DNA of 64,000 nucleotides, taken from positions 2,255 to 66,254 of the forward strand of contig CAZGYG010000005.1 of the NCBI GenBank assembly GCA_964530335.1, in the 5' to 3' direction. The notes under the pieces were generated by a model that had not been told where the DNA came from, searched no databases, and saw nothing but the letters and a program-made list of their open reading frames with translations. Below, one piece after another: positions 29,751-38,070 of the stretch; within the stretch, counting starts at the first letter, position 1, and each line of letters begins with the position of its first letter. Both the position numbers and the translations under genes were made by a program. Source of the stretch: an uncultured Rhodospirillaceae bacterium. Lineage in GTDB: Bacteria > Pseudomonadota > Alphaproteobacteria > SP197.

Positions 29751-30073
29751 GGGGCGACATCTGCTGGGCCGATCTCGAGCCCGTCCGAGGTCGCGAGCAG
29801 GCAGGCCGCGGGCCGGTCCTCATCTTGAGCCGAGAGATGTTCAACGAGCGTTCGGGCACGGTCATCGCCATGGCGATCACCAGTCAGCCTCAAAGCGCTG
29901 GATTCCCGCTGACCACTCCGTTGCCCGACCGGCTTCTGCCCAAGCCGTCGTGGGTCAAGATCAGCCAGATTCGCACCCTTTCGAGCGAGCGGCTCGGGAA
30001 ACGATTGGGCCGGCTGCCCGAAGCGGAGCTGGATCGCATCGTCGAGGGGCTTCTCGACATCATCGGTCCATAG
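29735..30073 (+). CDS. PemK/MazF-family toxin (canonical catalytic Arg replaced by Gly)
   Basis: RGDICWADLEP..G.EQAG, AMAITS, SQIRTLS..RL. Confidence 0.88.
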   Translation: MARILRGDICWADLEPVRGREQAGRGPVLILSREMFNERSGTVIAMAITSQPQSAGFPLTTPLPDRLLPKPSWVKISQIRTLSSERLGKRLGRLPEAELDRIVEGLLDIIGP

Positions 30074-30082
30074 GCGCGCGGT

Positions 30083-31534
30083 TCAGCGCGACCTCGCGGC
30101 CAGTTCGGCGGCCACGCGGGCGGCGTCCGCCACGAAGCCGTCGATGTCCGCCTCGGTCGTCCGATGGTTCAGCACCGCCGCGCGGATCGCGAGCTGGCCC
30201 GCGACGCGCGTCGTCGACGGCGCGGCCAGGCCACGCTCCTGAAGCGTCGCGACGACATCGGCGTTGAAGTCGTCCCAGGCGCTCGGATCGAGATGGCCCG
30301 GCTCGAAGCGGAAACAGACGATGTTCAGGCCGACCGGCACGAGCAGGCGGGCGCCGGGCAGCGTTTCCACCGCCGCCGCCATGCGCCGCGCCAAGGCGCA
30401 GGTGCGCGCGATCGAGGCACCGAGGCGCGTCAGCCCGAAGTGGCGGACGGTGAACCAGACCTTGAGCGCGCGGAAGCCGCGCGACAGCTCCGGCCCGAGA
30501 TCCGTGAACCACGGCGCCCCGCCGGCCAGCGCCAGTCCCGTGGCCAGGTAATCCGCATCGGCGGCGAACGCCGCCGGCAACGCGGCCGCGTCGCGCACCA
30601 GCACGCACCCCGCGTCGTAGGGAACGTGCAACCATTTGTGGAAGTCGAGCGCGATCGAATCGGCGCGTTCGATCCCGGCGACGAGCGGCGCGAGGCCGGG
30701 ATCGAGCCTGGCGAGCGCGCCGAACGCGCCATCGACGTGAAACCAGGTCCCCGTGCGCGCCGCGATATCGGCCACTTCGGCGATCGGATCGACCGCGCCG
30801 ACCGAGGCCGTGCCGGCGGTCGCGACGATGGCCATGGGCAAGGCGCCAGCGTCCCGGTCCGCCGCGATTGCCTCGGCCAGGGCTTCCGACCTCATGGCAC
30901 CGGACGGCGTGACCGGAACGATGCGCAACGAGCGGCGGCCGAGGCCGAGGAGCTCGACCGCCTTGCGCAGCGACACATGGGCGCCGGCGGAACCGTAGAC
31001 CACAAGCGCCGGGCCGTCGCGCAGGCCGTCGCGACGGGCCGCGCCGCCCGTCGCGCGCTCGCGCGCCGCCGCCAGGGCCACCAGGTTGGCCATGGAAGTA
31101 CCCGAGAGCAGGAGCCCCCCCGACGTCTCCGGCAGGCCGATGACCTCGGCGAACCAGGCGACGACCTGACGTTCGATGTACGTCGCGATGTGGTCGCGCC
31201 CGCCGCAGTTGGCGTTGAGCGCCGCGGCCGACGCCTCGGCGATCACACCCGCCGGCGTTCCGGCGCCGTGGACCCAGCCGAAGAAGCGCGGATGACGATT
31301 GCCGGTGCCGTAAGGCAGAAGCGCGACGACCTCGTCGCACATCGTCGCCAGGTCGACGCCCTGCCACGGCGCCGCGCTCGGCTTCGCGCCTGGCTGCGGC
31401 GGGCGCCACACGGGACCTTCGCGTAAATTTTGAAGATCGGAGACCAGGCTATTGACATGGCGATGAAATATCTGCTCGAACTCGCGCCAGTCCGAGGGGT
31501 CGAGGGTCGCCGGCGGATCGCCCCCGGGGGCCAT
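30083..31534 (-). CDS. Group II PLP-dependent decarboxylase (aromatic amino acid/DABA decarboxylase family)
   Basis: HPRFFGWV, SGTSMAN, TAGT, HVDGAFG, DFHKW, ELSRGFRALKVW. Confidence 0.9.
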   Translation of the reverse strand: MAPGGDPPATLDPSDWREFEQIFHRHVNSLVSDLQNLREGPVWRPPQPGAKPSAAPWQGVDLATMCDEVVALLPYGTGNRHPRFFGWVHGAGTPAGVIAEASAAALNANCGGRDHIATYIERQVVAWFAEVIGLPETSGGLLLSGTSMANLVALAAARERATGGAARRDGLRDGPALVVYGSAGAHVSLRKAVELLGLGRRSLRIVPVTPSGAMRSEALAEAIAADRDAGALPMAIVATAGTASVGAVDPIAEVADIAARTGTWFHVDGAFGALARLDPGLAPLVAGIERADSIALDFHKWLHVPYDAGCVLVRDAAALPAAFAADADYLATGLALAGGAPWFTDLGPELSRGFRALKVWFTVRHFGLTRLGASIARTCALARRMAAAVETLPGARLLVPVGLNIVCFRFEPGHLDPSAWDDFNADVVATLQERGLAAPSTTRVAGQLAIRAAVLNHRTTEADIDGFVADAARVAAELAARSR

Positions 31535-31558
31535 GGCAACCGGCTGTCGACCGGGCCG

Positions 31559-32047
31559 CTAGCGGCGTCGGGGCCGGCCGAGCACCTCGGCCAGGGCGCC
31601 CGCAGTCTGCTCGGTCACGTAATACACCCCTTCGACGATGCGGCTGCTGTCGTCGCTCCATTTCGTGGCGTCGTAGTCCCAGCCGAGCAGCGTCGCCTTC
31701 TTTTCGTTGTCGTTGATCAAGCGACGCAGCTTGCGCGTCAGCACGCCCTCGAAATGGGACAACACGCGCAGATCGCTGTCCCCGGTCGCGCCCAGCAGAT
31801 CGGTCATGGCGACCCGGCCCTTGCGGGTGCCGAACATGGCGAGCCGCGTGACGTGCTCGTCGGCCAGGCCGTGAACCAGCTTGCGCGCCAAGTCCGCGGT
31901 CAAGTCGATCGGCCGGCGCCAGCGCAACTGCATGTTGCCGGCGGGCGCGCGCGGCTCGACCGGCCGGCCCTCGATCAGGGCGATCAGCTCGGCCCTCGTC
32001 TCGTTCGACAGGCGTCGGAAGTCATGGCCTTCGATCACCAGTTGCAT
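31559..32047 (-). CDS. Hypothetical protein (162 aa)
   Basis: Clean ORF with an upstream GGGAA, coding-like codon pattern, co-oriented 24 bp upstream of the decarboxylase; no family recognised. Confidence 0.7.
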   Translation of the reverse strand: MQLVIEGHDFRRLSNETRAELIALIEGRPVEPRAPAGNMQLRWRRPIDLTADLARKLVHGLADEHVTRLAMFGTRKGRVAMTDLLGATGDSDLRVLSHFEGVLTRKLRRLINDNEKKATLLGWDYDATKWSDDSSRIVEGVYYVTEQTAGALAEVLGRPRRR

Positions 32048-32158
32048 GAGCGTTCCCCTGCCTTGGCGTTGCCCAACGGGCGCAGCCTAGCACGACTTGG
32101 CGCCCGTCGATTGCGGCGAACCGCCGCGAACGCTAACGTCGGGAAGGAGGGAGCCGTC

Positions 32159-32644
32159 ATGCCGTCATTCGATATCGTCTCACGCATCGAGCTCAACGAG
32201 GTCGATAACGCGCTCGACGGCGTGCGGCGCGAGATCGGCCAGCGGTTCGACTTCAAGGGTTCCCACTGCACCATCGATCGCGCCGACGCCGCGATTACGA
32301 TCCTGGCGGACGACGACACCAAATTGCGCCAGATGCAGGAGCTGCTGCGGGGCTACCTGGCGCGCCGCAAGGTCGACCACCGCGCCTTCGCCTTCGGCGA
32401 TCCGGAAAAGGCGGCCCACGGGGCGCTGCGTCAGGCGGTGACCCTGCGCCAGGGCATCGACCGCGAGCTGGCGAAGTCGGTCATCGACGCGATCAAGGGC
32501 ACCAAGCTCAAGGTCCAGGTCGCGATCCAAGGCGACGAGCTCAGGGTTTCCGGCAAGAAGATCGACGATCTGCAGGCGGCCATCGCCCACCTCAAGGGAC
32601 TGGGCATCGAGCAGCCGCTGCAATACGTCAACTTCCGCAACTGA
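32159..32644 (+). CDS. yajQ: YajQ family nucleotide/c-di-GMP-binding protein
   Basis: MPSFDIVS, RFDFKGS, KVQVAIQGDELRVSGKK.DDLQ, LQYVNFR. Confidence 0.96.
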   Translation: MPSFDIVSRIELNEVDNALDGVRREIGQRFDFKGSHCTIDRADAAITILADDDTKLRQMQELLRGYLARRKVDHRAFAFGDPEKAAHGALRQAVTLRQGIDRELAKSVIDAIKGTKLKVQVAIQGDELRVSGKKIDDLQAAIAHLKGLGIEQPLQYVNFRN

Positions 32645-32671
32645 GGCGGGCGAAGCGACGGGATCCGTCGA

Positions 32672-33634
32672 TCAGGTCCGATTGGCCTGGAACGTCACGT
32701 GCTCGAGGGTGCCCGCGTCGAGCGCGGCGCATACGCGAACCCAGCGCTCGCATTCCGCCAGGATCATGGCGCCCTGGCGAACGTCGATCGGGTTGCTCTT
32801 GACGAAATCGTCGATCACCGACCAGGCCCGCACCATTTCGGATTGCATCGTGCCGTTCGTGGTGTCGGCGCTCTTGATCGAGAACCCGGCCTTGCCGAGG
32901 GAGTACGCCATCTGCGCCCTGGTACGCAGGCCCGCCGGGGCCGTGCGCGACTTGGTCACGATCGCCAGGTCCGCGTCGGGCTTGTTGTCGCCGATGCGCA
33001 GGAACTGGGACAGGAAGAAGCGACCCTTGGGCTTCAGCGCCCGTTGCACGGCCTTGAGCACGCCGTCGATCGAGGCGAGTTCGATCAGGCCGTCCTTGGC
33101 GTAGGCGTGGTCGTAGCGCGCCCTGCGGAAGTCCGGGCTGCGCGGATCGAAAGGCTTGATTTCCGCCTTTTTCGCGAGCCCTGCCTTGTTCGATAGCTCG
33201 GCGGCTTGCTCCGCCAGGCTTGGCGAGCTTTCGAAGGCCGTGACGTAGGCGCCGGATTCGCGCACGATCGTGCGCGTCGAGCCGCCAATCCCGGGTTCGA
33301 GCTCGAGCAGCCACACGGCCGGCGACAGCGACAGGTCGCGCACCTGGGTCAGGACGTAATCCTTGCCGCCGGGCGTGAGAAACCCCGGATTCCACAGGCC
33401 TTGCAGCCAGGTCTCGTCGGGTTCTTGCGCGGTAACGGGCGCCGCCGCGGATATCTCCTCGACCAGTTCGAGGGCCTCCGCGACGAGCTCGGGCGCAACG
33501 TCCGGGTGCGACCACAGCCCGCGCACCGCCGAAGCCAGCCGCCGGCCGAACCCGGGGCGCAACTCGCCCGCCTCGGCCTTTCGAGCCGGTCCCGAAATGA
33601 CTCGCGACCGCGATATCGAGGCAGTCGAACCCAT
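32672..33634 (-). CDS. Class I SAM-dependent methyltransferase-like protein with a divergent motif I
   Basis: LWNPGFLTPGG, LELEPGIGG, ALKPKGRFF; start uncertain. Confidence 0.65.
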   Translation of the reverse strand: MGSTASISRSRVISGPARKAEAGELRPGFGRRLASAVRGLWSHPDVAPELVAEALELVEEISAAAPVTAQEPDETWLQGLWNPGFLTPGGKDYVLTQVRDLSLSPAVWLLELEPGIGGSTRTIVRESGAYVTAFESSPSLAEQAAELSNKAGLAKKAEIKPFDPRSPDFRRARYDHAYAKDGLIELASIDGVLKAVQRALKPKGRFFLSQFLRIGDNKPDADLAIVTKSRTAPAGLRTRAQMAYSLGKAGFSIKSADTTNGTMQSEMVRAWSVIDDFVKSNPIDVRQGAMILAECERWVRVCAALDAGTLEHVTFQANRT

Positions 33635-33706
33635 GGCAACGACTATCGAGCGTGAACGTTAAGCATCCCTGAAGACGCGCCGCGGCGGGCTGGCATCGAA
33701 GCGGGA

Positions 33707-34624
33707 TCACGCCCGAGCGAGCGCCTCTTCGCCGTCGAGCAGGCTGGTCACCGGCGTGCCCAGCCAGCCGGCTTCGCGCCTGCGCCAATAGAGGCCGCGC
33801 AGTTCGCTGGTCAGCAGCCCTGGGGCGCCGTTGCCGAGCGGACGGCCGTCGACCCGGGTCACCGGCATGATGCCGCCCGCGGTCGAGGACAAGAAGGCCT
33901 CGTCCGCGCCCCTCAGGGCCTCGGGGGGGAAATCGCCGGCGGTCACGGTCAGGCCGAGCATGGCCGCGAGCTCGATCACCGTGCGGCGCGTGATCCCCTC
34001 CAGGACGTTGGCGGCCGGGGTGAACAGCTTGCCGGCCTTGGCGAAGAACACGTTGAAGCCGGGTCCTTCGGCGAGGAACCCCGAGGGCGTGCACAGCACG
34101 ACGTTGTCCGCGCCGCGGTCGAGCCCTTGCAGCAGGCCGCGCTGCATATCCATCCAGTTGAAGTTCTTGACCCTGGGGTCGATCGCCTCGGTTGGCGTGC
34201 GCCGGTTGTCGACGATCGCCACGTCGATGCCGGTCTCCTGCCGCTCGGGCCGCACGATCCAGATGTAGGGCAGCGCGAAGGCGATGAAGCGCTGGATGCA
34301 GGTGCGCAGGTCGCGCCGGTCGGGCGCCGCGTAACTGCCCCGGGTGACAATCATCTGAACGAAGGCGTCGTCGAGACTCGCGCGGTCGACGCACGTCGCC
34401 AGGATGCGCGCTAGGGCATCGGGCGCGTGCGGGCACGTGAGCCGCATTCCCTCGCAGCTCCGGAGGAAACGCGCTATGTGGTCGTCGAGCCGGAAGAACT
34501 GGCCGTGCCAGACCGAGGTCGTGTCGTAGACCGCGTCGCCGCGCAGGAACCCCAGGTCGAACAGCGGCAGCCTGGCCTGCTCCGCGGGGACATATTGGTC
34601 ATCGATGTAGACGATTCCGGGCAT
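33707..34624 (-). CDS. Aminotransferase class IV, putative (R)-selective amine transaminase
   Basis: DLGFLRGDAVYDT, FVQMIVTRG, VKNFNW, EGPGFNVF, LEGITR, STAGG. Confidence 0.85.
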   Translation of the reverse strand: MPGIVYIDDQYVPAEQARLPLFDLGFLRGDAVYDTTSVWHGQFFRLDDHIARFLRSCEGMRLTCPHAPDALARILATCVDRASLDDAFVQMIVTRGSYAAPDRRDLRTCIQRFIAFALPYIWIVRPERQETGIDVAIVDNRRTPTEAIDPRVKNFNWMDMQRGLLQGLDRGADNVVLCTPSGFLAEGPGFNVFFAKAGKLFTPAANVLEGITRRTVIELAAMLGLTVTAGDFPPEALRGADEAFLSSTAGGIMPVTRVDGRPLGNGAPGLLTSELRGLYWRRREAGWLGTPVTSLLDGEEALARA

Positions 34625-34634
34625 CAGTCCCTCC

Positions 34635-35519
34635 TCAATGTCGGATGTAAACGTTGGTCAAGCCGGGCTCGCCATCGCACGCGACCTCGCCGCGGGCGCT
34701 GAGGTCGATCAAGTGCGCCAGAACCGAGCACCCCGCCGCCGCGTGGAGCGTCTTCGGAAGGTCGTCGTAGATCGTGGCGACCAGATGCGGGATCGTCGCC
34801 GGCCCGATCGCCAGCGCCGCGAGGATCTGTCGTTCGCGGGCGCGGCGATGATCGATGAGCGCCCCGACGTGCCCGCGAGGATCGCCGATCGGCGGGCCGT
34901 GGGTCGGCCAGAACGTGGTCTCGCGACGCAGGGCCAGCCGGTCGAGCGAGGCCATGTACGCCGCCATGTCGCCGTCGGGCGGCACCACCACGGTCGTCGA
35001 CCAGCCCATGACGTGATCGCCGCAGAACAGCGCATCGGCGTGGGCGAAGCACAGGTGGTTGGACATATGCCCCGGGGTATGGATGGCCTCGAGCGTCCAG
35101 CCGGCGCCGACGACGATGTCGCCATCCCGGACGCGGACGTCCGGCATGAAGTCATGGTCCACCCCTTCCTCGACCCGCGTTTCGAGTTCGTCGTGTCGTC
35201 CGCCCAGCGGCCCGAACCCGAGGATCGGAGCCCCGGTGGCCGCGCGCAACGCCCGCGCCGCGGGCGAATGGTCGAGGTGCGTGTGGGTCACGACGATATG
35301 GCTGACGGTTTCGCCGTCGAGCGCCGCCAGGATCGCCGCGACGTGCTCCTCCAGGTCGGGGCCGGGGTCGATCACGGCGACCGAACCGCGGCCGACCACG
35401 TACGTGCCCGTGCCGTGGAACGTGAACGGCCCGGGGTTGCGCGCGACGATGCGCCGGATGCCGGGACCGACCTGCTCGGCCACGCCATAAGCGAACCTCA
35501 TGTCGCGCAGGAACCGCAC
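34635..35519 (-). CDS. Metallo-beta-lactamase-fold hydrolase (LACTB2-like) with a C-terminal winged helix
   Basis: NPGPFTFHGT.TY, IDPGP, THTHLDHS, TPGH, GDHVMGWST; GTG start after GGAGA. Confidence 0.9.
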   Translation of the reverse strand: MRFLRDMRFAYGVAEQVGPGIRRIVARNPGPFTFHGTGTYVVGRGSVAVIDPGPDLEEHVAAILAALDGETVSHIVVTHTHLDHSPAARALRAATGAPILGFGPLGGRHDELETRVEEGVDHDFMPDVRVRDGDIVVGAGWTLEAIHTPGHMSNHLCFAHADALFCGDHVMGWSTTVVVPPDGDMAAYMASLDRLALRRETTFWPTHGPPIGDPRGHVGALIDHRRARERQILAALAIGPATIPHLVATIYDDLPKTLHAAAGCSVLAHLIDLSARGEVACDGEPGLTNVYIRH

Positions 35520-35682
35520 GGTGACGTCTCCGTCACGGGTACCCAGGAAGCTGCCCAGGAAGCCGCAAGGTATCACGGACGTGACGGCCGTCACTTAAGC
35601 CTGCCGCTGTGTCGGTCCGCGCTCAGTTCCGGGGCTTGACCGCCGCCAAGGAAGTCCAATAATTGAGTTCGGGGACACCGCC

Positions 35683-35850
35683 ATGCAGCACGATACGATC
35701 CGGGATTTGCTCGAGACAACCAGGATCAACGCCGAAATCGAGGCGATCGACGAGGATCCTGCGCACGAGAACGTAGCCGTGGTGAGGCTCAGGTTCCGCG
35801 ATCGTCGGGATCGCGTCGTCCGCCCTGGCGCGGCGCCAGCGCACGGCTAG
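35683..35850 (+). CDS. Small hypothetical protein (55 aa), not in the ORF track
   Basis: MQHDTIRDLLETTRINAEIEAIDEDPAHENVAVVRLRFRDRRDRVVRPGAAPAHG; GGGGA RBS and TTGACC-N16-AATAAT upstream. Confidence 0.55.
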   Translation: MQHDTIRDLLETTRINAEIEAIDEDPAHENVAVVRLRFRDRRDRVVRPGAAPAHG

Positions 35851-35978
35851 GCGTTCGGTCGGTTTCACGAACCGGTAACTTGACGGTCGCGGCCGATCCC
35901 GCTACCGGAATCGAGCGTTGCCGGCCGCTTCGGGCACGTTTGCCGTCCGCGCGCCGGGGCCATGTGGCGCGGGGGCGG

Positions 35979-37496
35979 ATGGCGACGGAAATCGAACTCC
36001 GGTTCCGTGTCGGTCCGGAAGTCTTTGATCGGCTCCGCCAGGCGACCCCCGAGGGTGTCGATATCCGGCCGGCCGTCACGCGCACCTTGTCCAGCACGTA
36101 TTTCGATCTTCCCGACCGCGGCCTGGGCGCGCGGGGCTTCGGCGTCCGCCTGCGCGAGGAGGACGGCCGGCGCAGCCTGACGGTAAAGTCGGGTGACAAC
36201 CCCTGGTTCGGCGCGCGCGAGGAATGGACCGTACGGGCCGGGAATGGGCCAAAGCTCGGCCGGCTCGGCCGATACCTTCCGCCCGAGGCCTCGGCTGGGC
36301 CACTGACCCCGGTGTTCCGCACCCGCATCGAACGCACGCTGCGCGATCTCCGCATCGGCCGGGGCGTTCGCGTCGAACTGGCGCTCGACCGGGGCGTGAT
36401 CGCCGCGGGCCGGCGCAGGCTTTCGGTGCGGGAGCTCGAGCTCGAACTCAAGCGGGGCACCGTCACGGATCTTTATGCGACCGCCTTGCGATTGCACCGA
36501 GAGTTGGGGCCGTTCGCGCTGCTGCCGTCGAGCAAGGCCGCCCGTGGCTACGCCCTGGCGGCGGGACGGTCCGAGGCGGCGTACCGGGCGGATGCCGTCG
36601 CGCTCGACCTCGGCGCCTCGACCGAAACGGCGTGCAAGGCGATCGTCCGCTCGTGCCTCGGCCAGATCCTGGCCAATCACGAGCCGGCGCGACACGGCGT
36701 GGACAGCGAAGGGGTGCACCAGGTCCGCATCGGCTTCCGCCGACTGCGCGCCGCGCTGGGGGCGCTGCGACCGTTCGCGCCACCCGAGCGACGGGACGCG
36801 GTTGCCGACTGGGCGCGCTGGGCCACGCAGCGCTTCGGCCCCGCGCGGGACTGGGACGTGTTCATCGACGAGCGCCTGGCGCCCGCGCTTGCCCGCCACG
36901 GCGACCCGGACGGACGCCTGCGCGCGACCGCCGAGGCCAAACGCGCCGCCGCCTACCGGCTCGTCCGGCGGGCGCTTAGGGAACGGCGCTACACCGAGGC
37001 CATGCTCGACGCGCTGCGGTGGCTCGAGGAGCCCTGGAGCGAGGCCGCGGGCAAGCGCCGGCGCGAGCGGCTTGCCACGCCATTCGTCGACGTGGCCTGG
37101 CGCCTGGGGCGCGATGCCGACCGGCGCCTGAGGGCGCGGGCGAGGCACCTGGACGAAGGCGACCCGGCGGCGCTGCACCGCGTCCGCCTGGCGGCGAAAA
37201 GGGCGCGCTACATGGCGGAGTTCCTGGCCCCGATCGCGCCCCAGGGCGGGGTCGGGCCTTACCTCAAGGCGCTCAAGCGCGTCCAGGATACGTTCGGGCG
37301 CAGCAGCGACGACGCCGCCGCGACCGAGCGGCTCGCCACCCTGTTGCACGCCGTGCCGGTCGACGCGCCCCAGGCCCTGATCGACGCCATTGCGCCGCCC
37401 ACCGAACCGACACGGGCGCGATCACGGTTGCACCGCGTCTGGCGCGCCTACCAGGCGACCATGCCGATCCATCGCGCGCTCGGCCACCACGGCTAA
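35979..37496 (+). CDS. CYTH and CHAD domain-containing protein
   Basis: EIELRF, STYFD, REEW, ELALDRG, ELELELK, SKAARGY; CHAD motifs VHQVRIGFRRLR, ARDWDV, LHRVRLAAKRARY, QDTFG. Confidence 0.9.
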   Translation: MATEIELRFRVGPEVFDRLRQATPEGVDIRPAVTRTLSSTYFDLPDRGLGARGFGVRLREEDGRRSLTVKSGDNPWFGAREEWTVRAGNGPKLGRLGRYLPPEASAGPLTPVFRTRIERTLRDLRIGRGVRVELALDRGVIAAGRRRLSVRELELELKRGTVTDLYATALRLHRELGPFALLPSSKAARGYALAAGRSEAAYRADAVALDLGASTETACKAIVRSCLGQILANHEPARHGVDSEGVHQVRIGFRRLRAALGALRPFAPPERRDAVADWARWATQRFGPARDWDVFIDERLAPALARHGDPDGRLRATAEAKRAAAYRLVRRALRERRYTEAMLDALRWLEEPWSEAAGKRRRERLATPFVDVAWRLGRDADRRLRARARHLDEGDPAALHRVRLAAKRARYMAEFLAPIAPQGGVGPYLKALKRVQDTFGRSSDDAAATERLATLLHAVPVDAPQALIDAIAPPTEPTRARSRLHRVWRAYQATMPIHRALGHHG

Positions 37497-38005
37497 TCGA
37501 GGTCGCGCGGCACGACCAGATCGCGTAGTCGGCACGAGCCGTGGCCAAGCGCGCGCCACGACGGGCCCTTGAAGTCGAGCGTCGCCAGCGCCCCGGTCGG
37601 CAGCTTGTCGCGCACCCGCGCCAGGGTATCCGCCGCGCCGCCGCCGGCGAGATGCAGAATCAGGTTCTGCAGGTCGGGGTTGTGGCCGACCACCATGACC
37701 GCGTCTACCGTGTCCTCCTGGCGAGCGAGCAGCCGCAGGATCGCCTCCTCGCCGGCCAGGTAGATGGCGCGATCATGCACGATGCGGGGTGCCGAACCGA
37801 GACCGGGGGCCACCAATTCCAGGGTCCGGCGGGCGCGCCGCGCGGTCGAGCACAGCACCACGGCCGGGCGCACGCCGGCCTCGGCGCAGTGCCGGGCCAG
37901 GCCCGCGCACGCTTCGATGCCGCGGCGGCTGAGCGGCCGGTCGTGGTCGCTGACGTTCTCGTCGCGGCTAGATTTGGCGTGGCGCAGGACATAGATGCGT
38001 TTCAT
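37493..38005 (-). CDS. sixA: SixA-type histidine phosphatase
   Basis: LRHAKS, DHDRPL, CSTARRA, VGHNP. Confidence 0.88.
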   Translation of the reverse strand: MKRIYVLRHAKSSRDENVSDHDRPLSRRGIEACAGLARHCAEAGVRPAVVLCSTARRARRTLELVAPGLGSAPRIVHDRAIYLAGEEAILRLLARQEDTVDAVMVVGHNPDLQNLILHLAGGGAADTLARVRDKLPTGALATLDFKGPSWRALGHGSCRLRDLVVPRDLD

Positions 38006-38070
38006 GGCCCACCCATTCGACCCAAGGCGCGCGGGAATCGGTCACGACTCCATGATATACGTGTGCGGCC

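Noticed and set aside
27056-30073. Prophage or integrative element at the tRNA genes
   Set aside because: No integrase, phage gene or duplicated att-like tRNA end was found by eye
35623-35868. 81-aa minus-strand ORF from the track
   Set aside because: It overlaps a better-supported plus-strand 55-aa ORF that has a promoter and RBS
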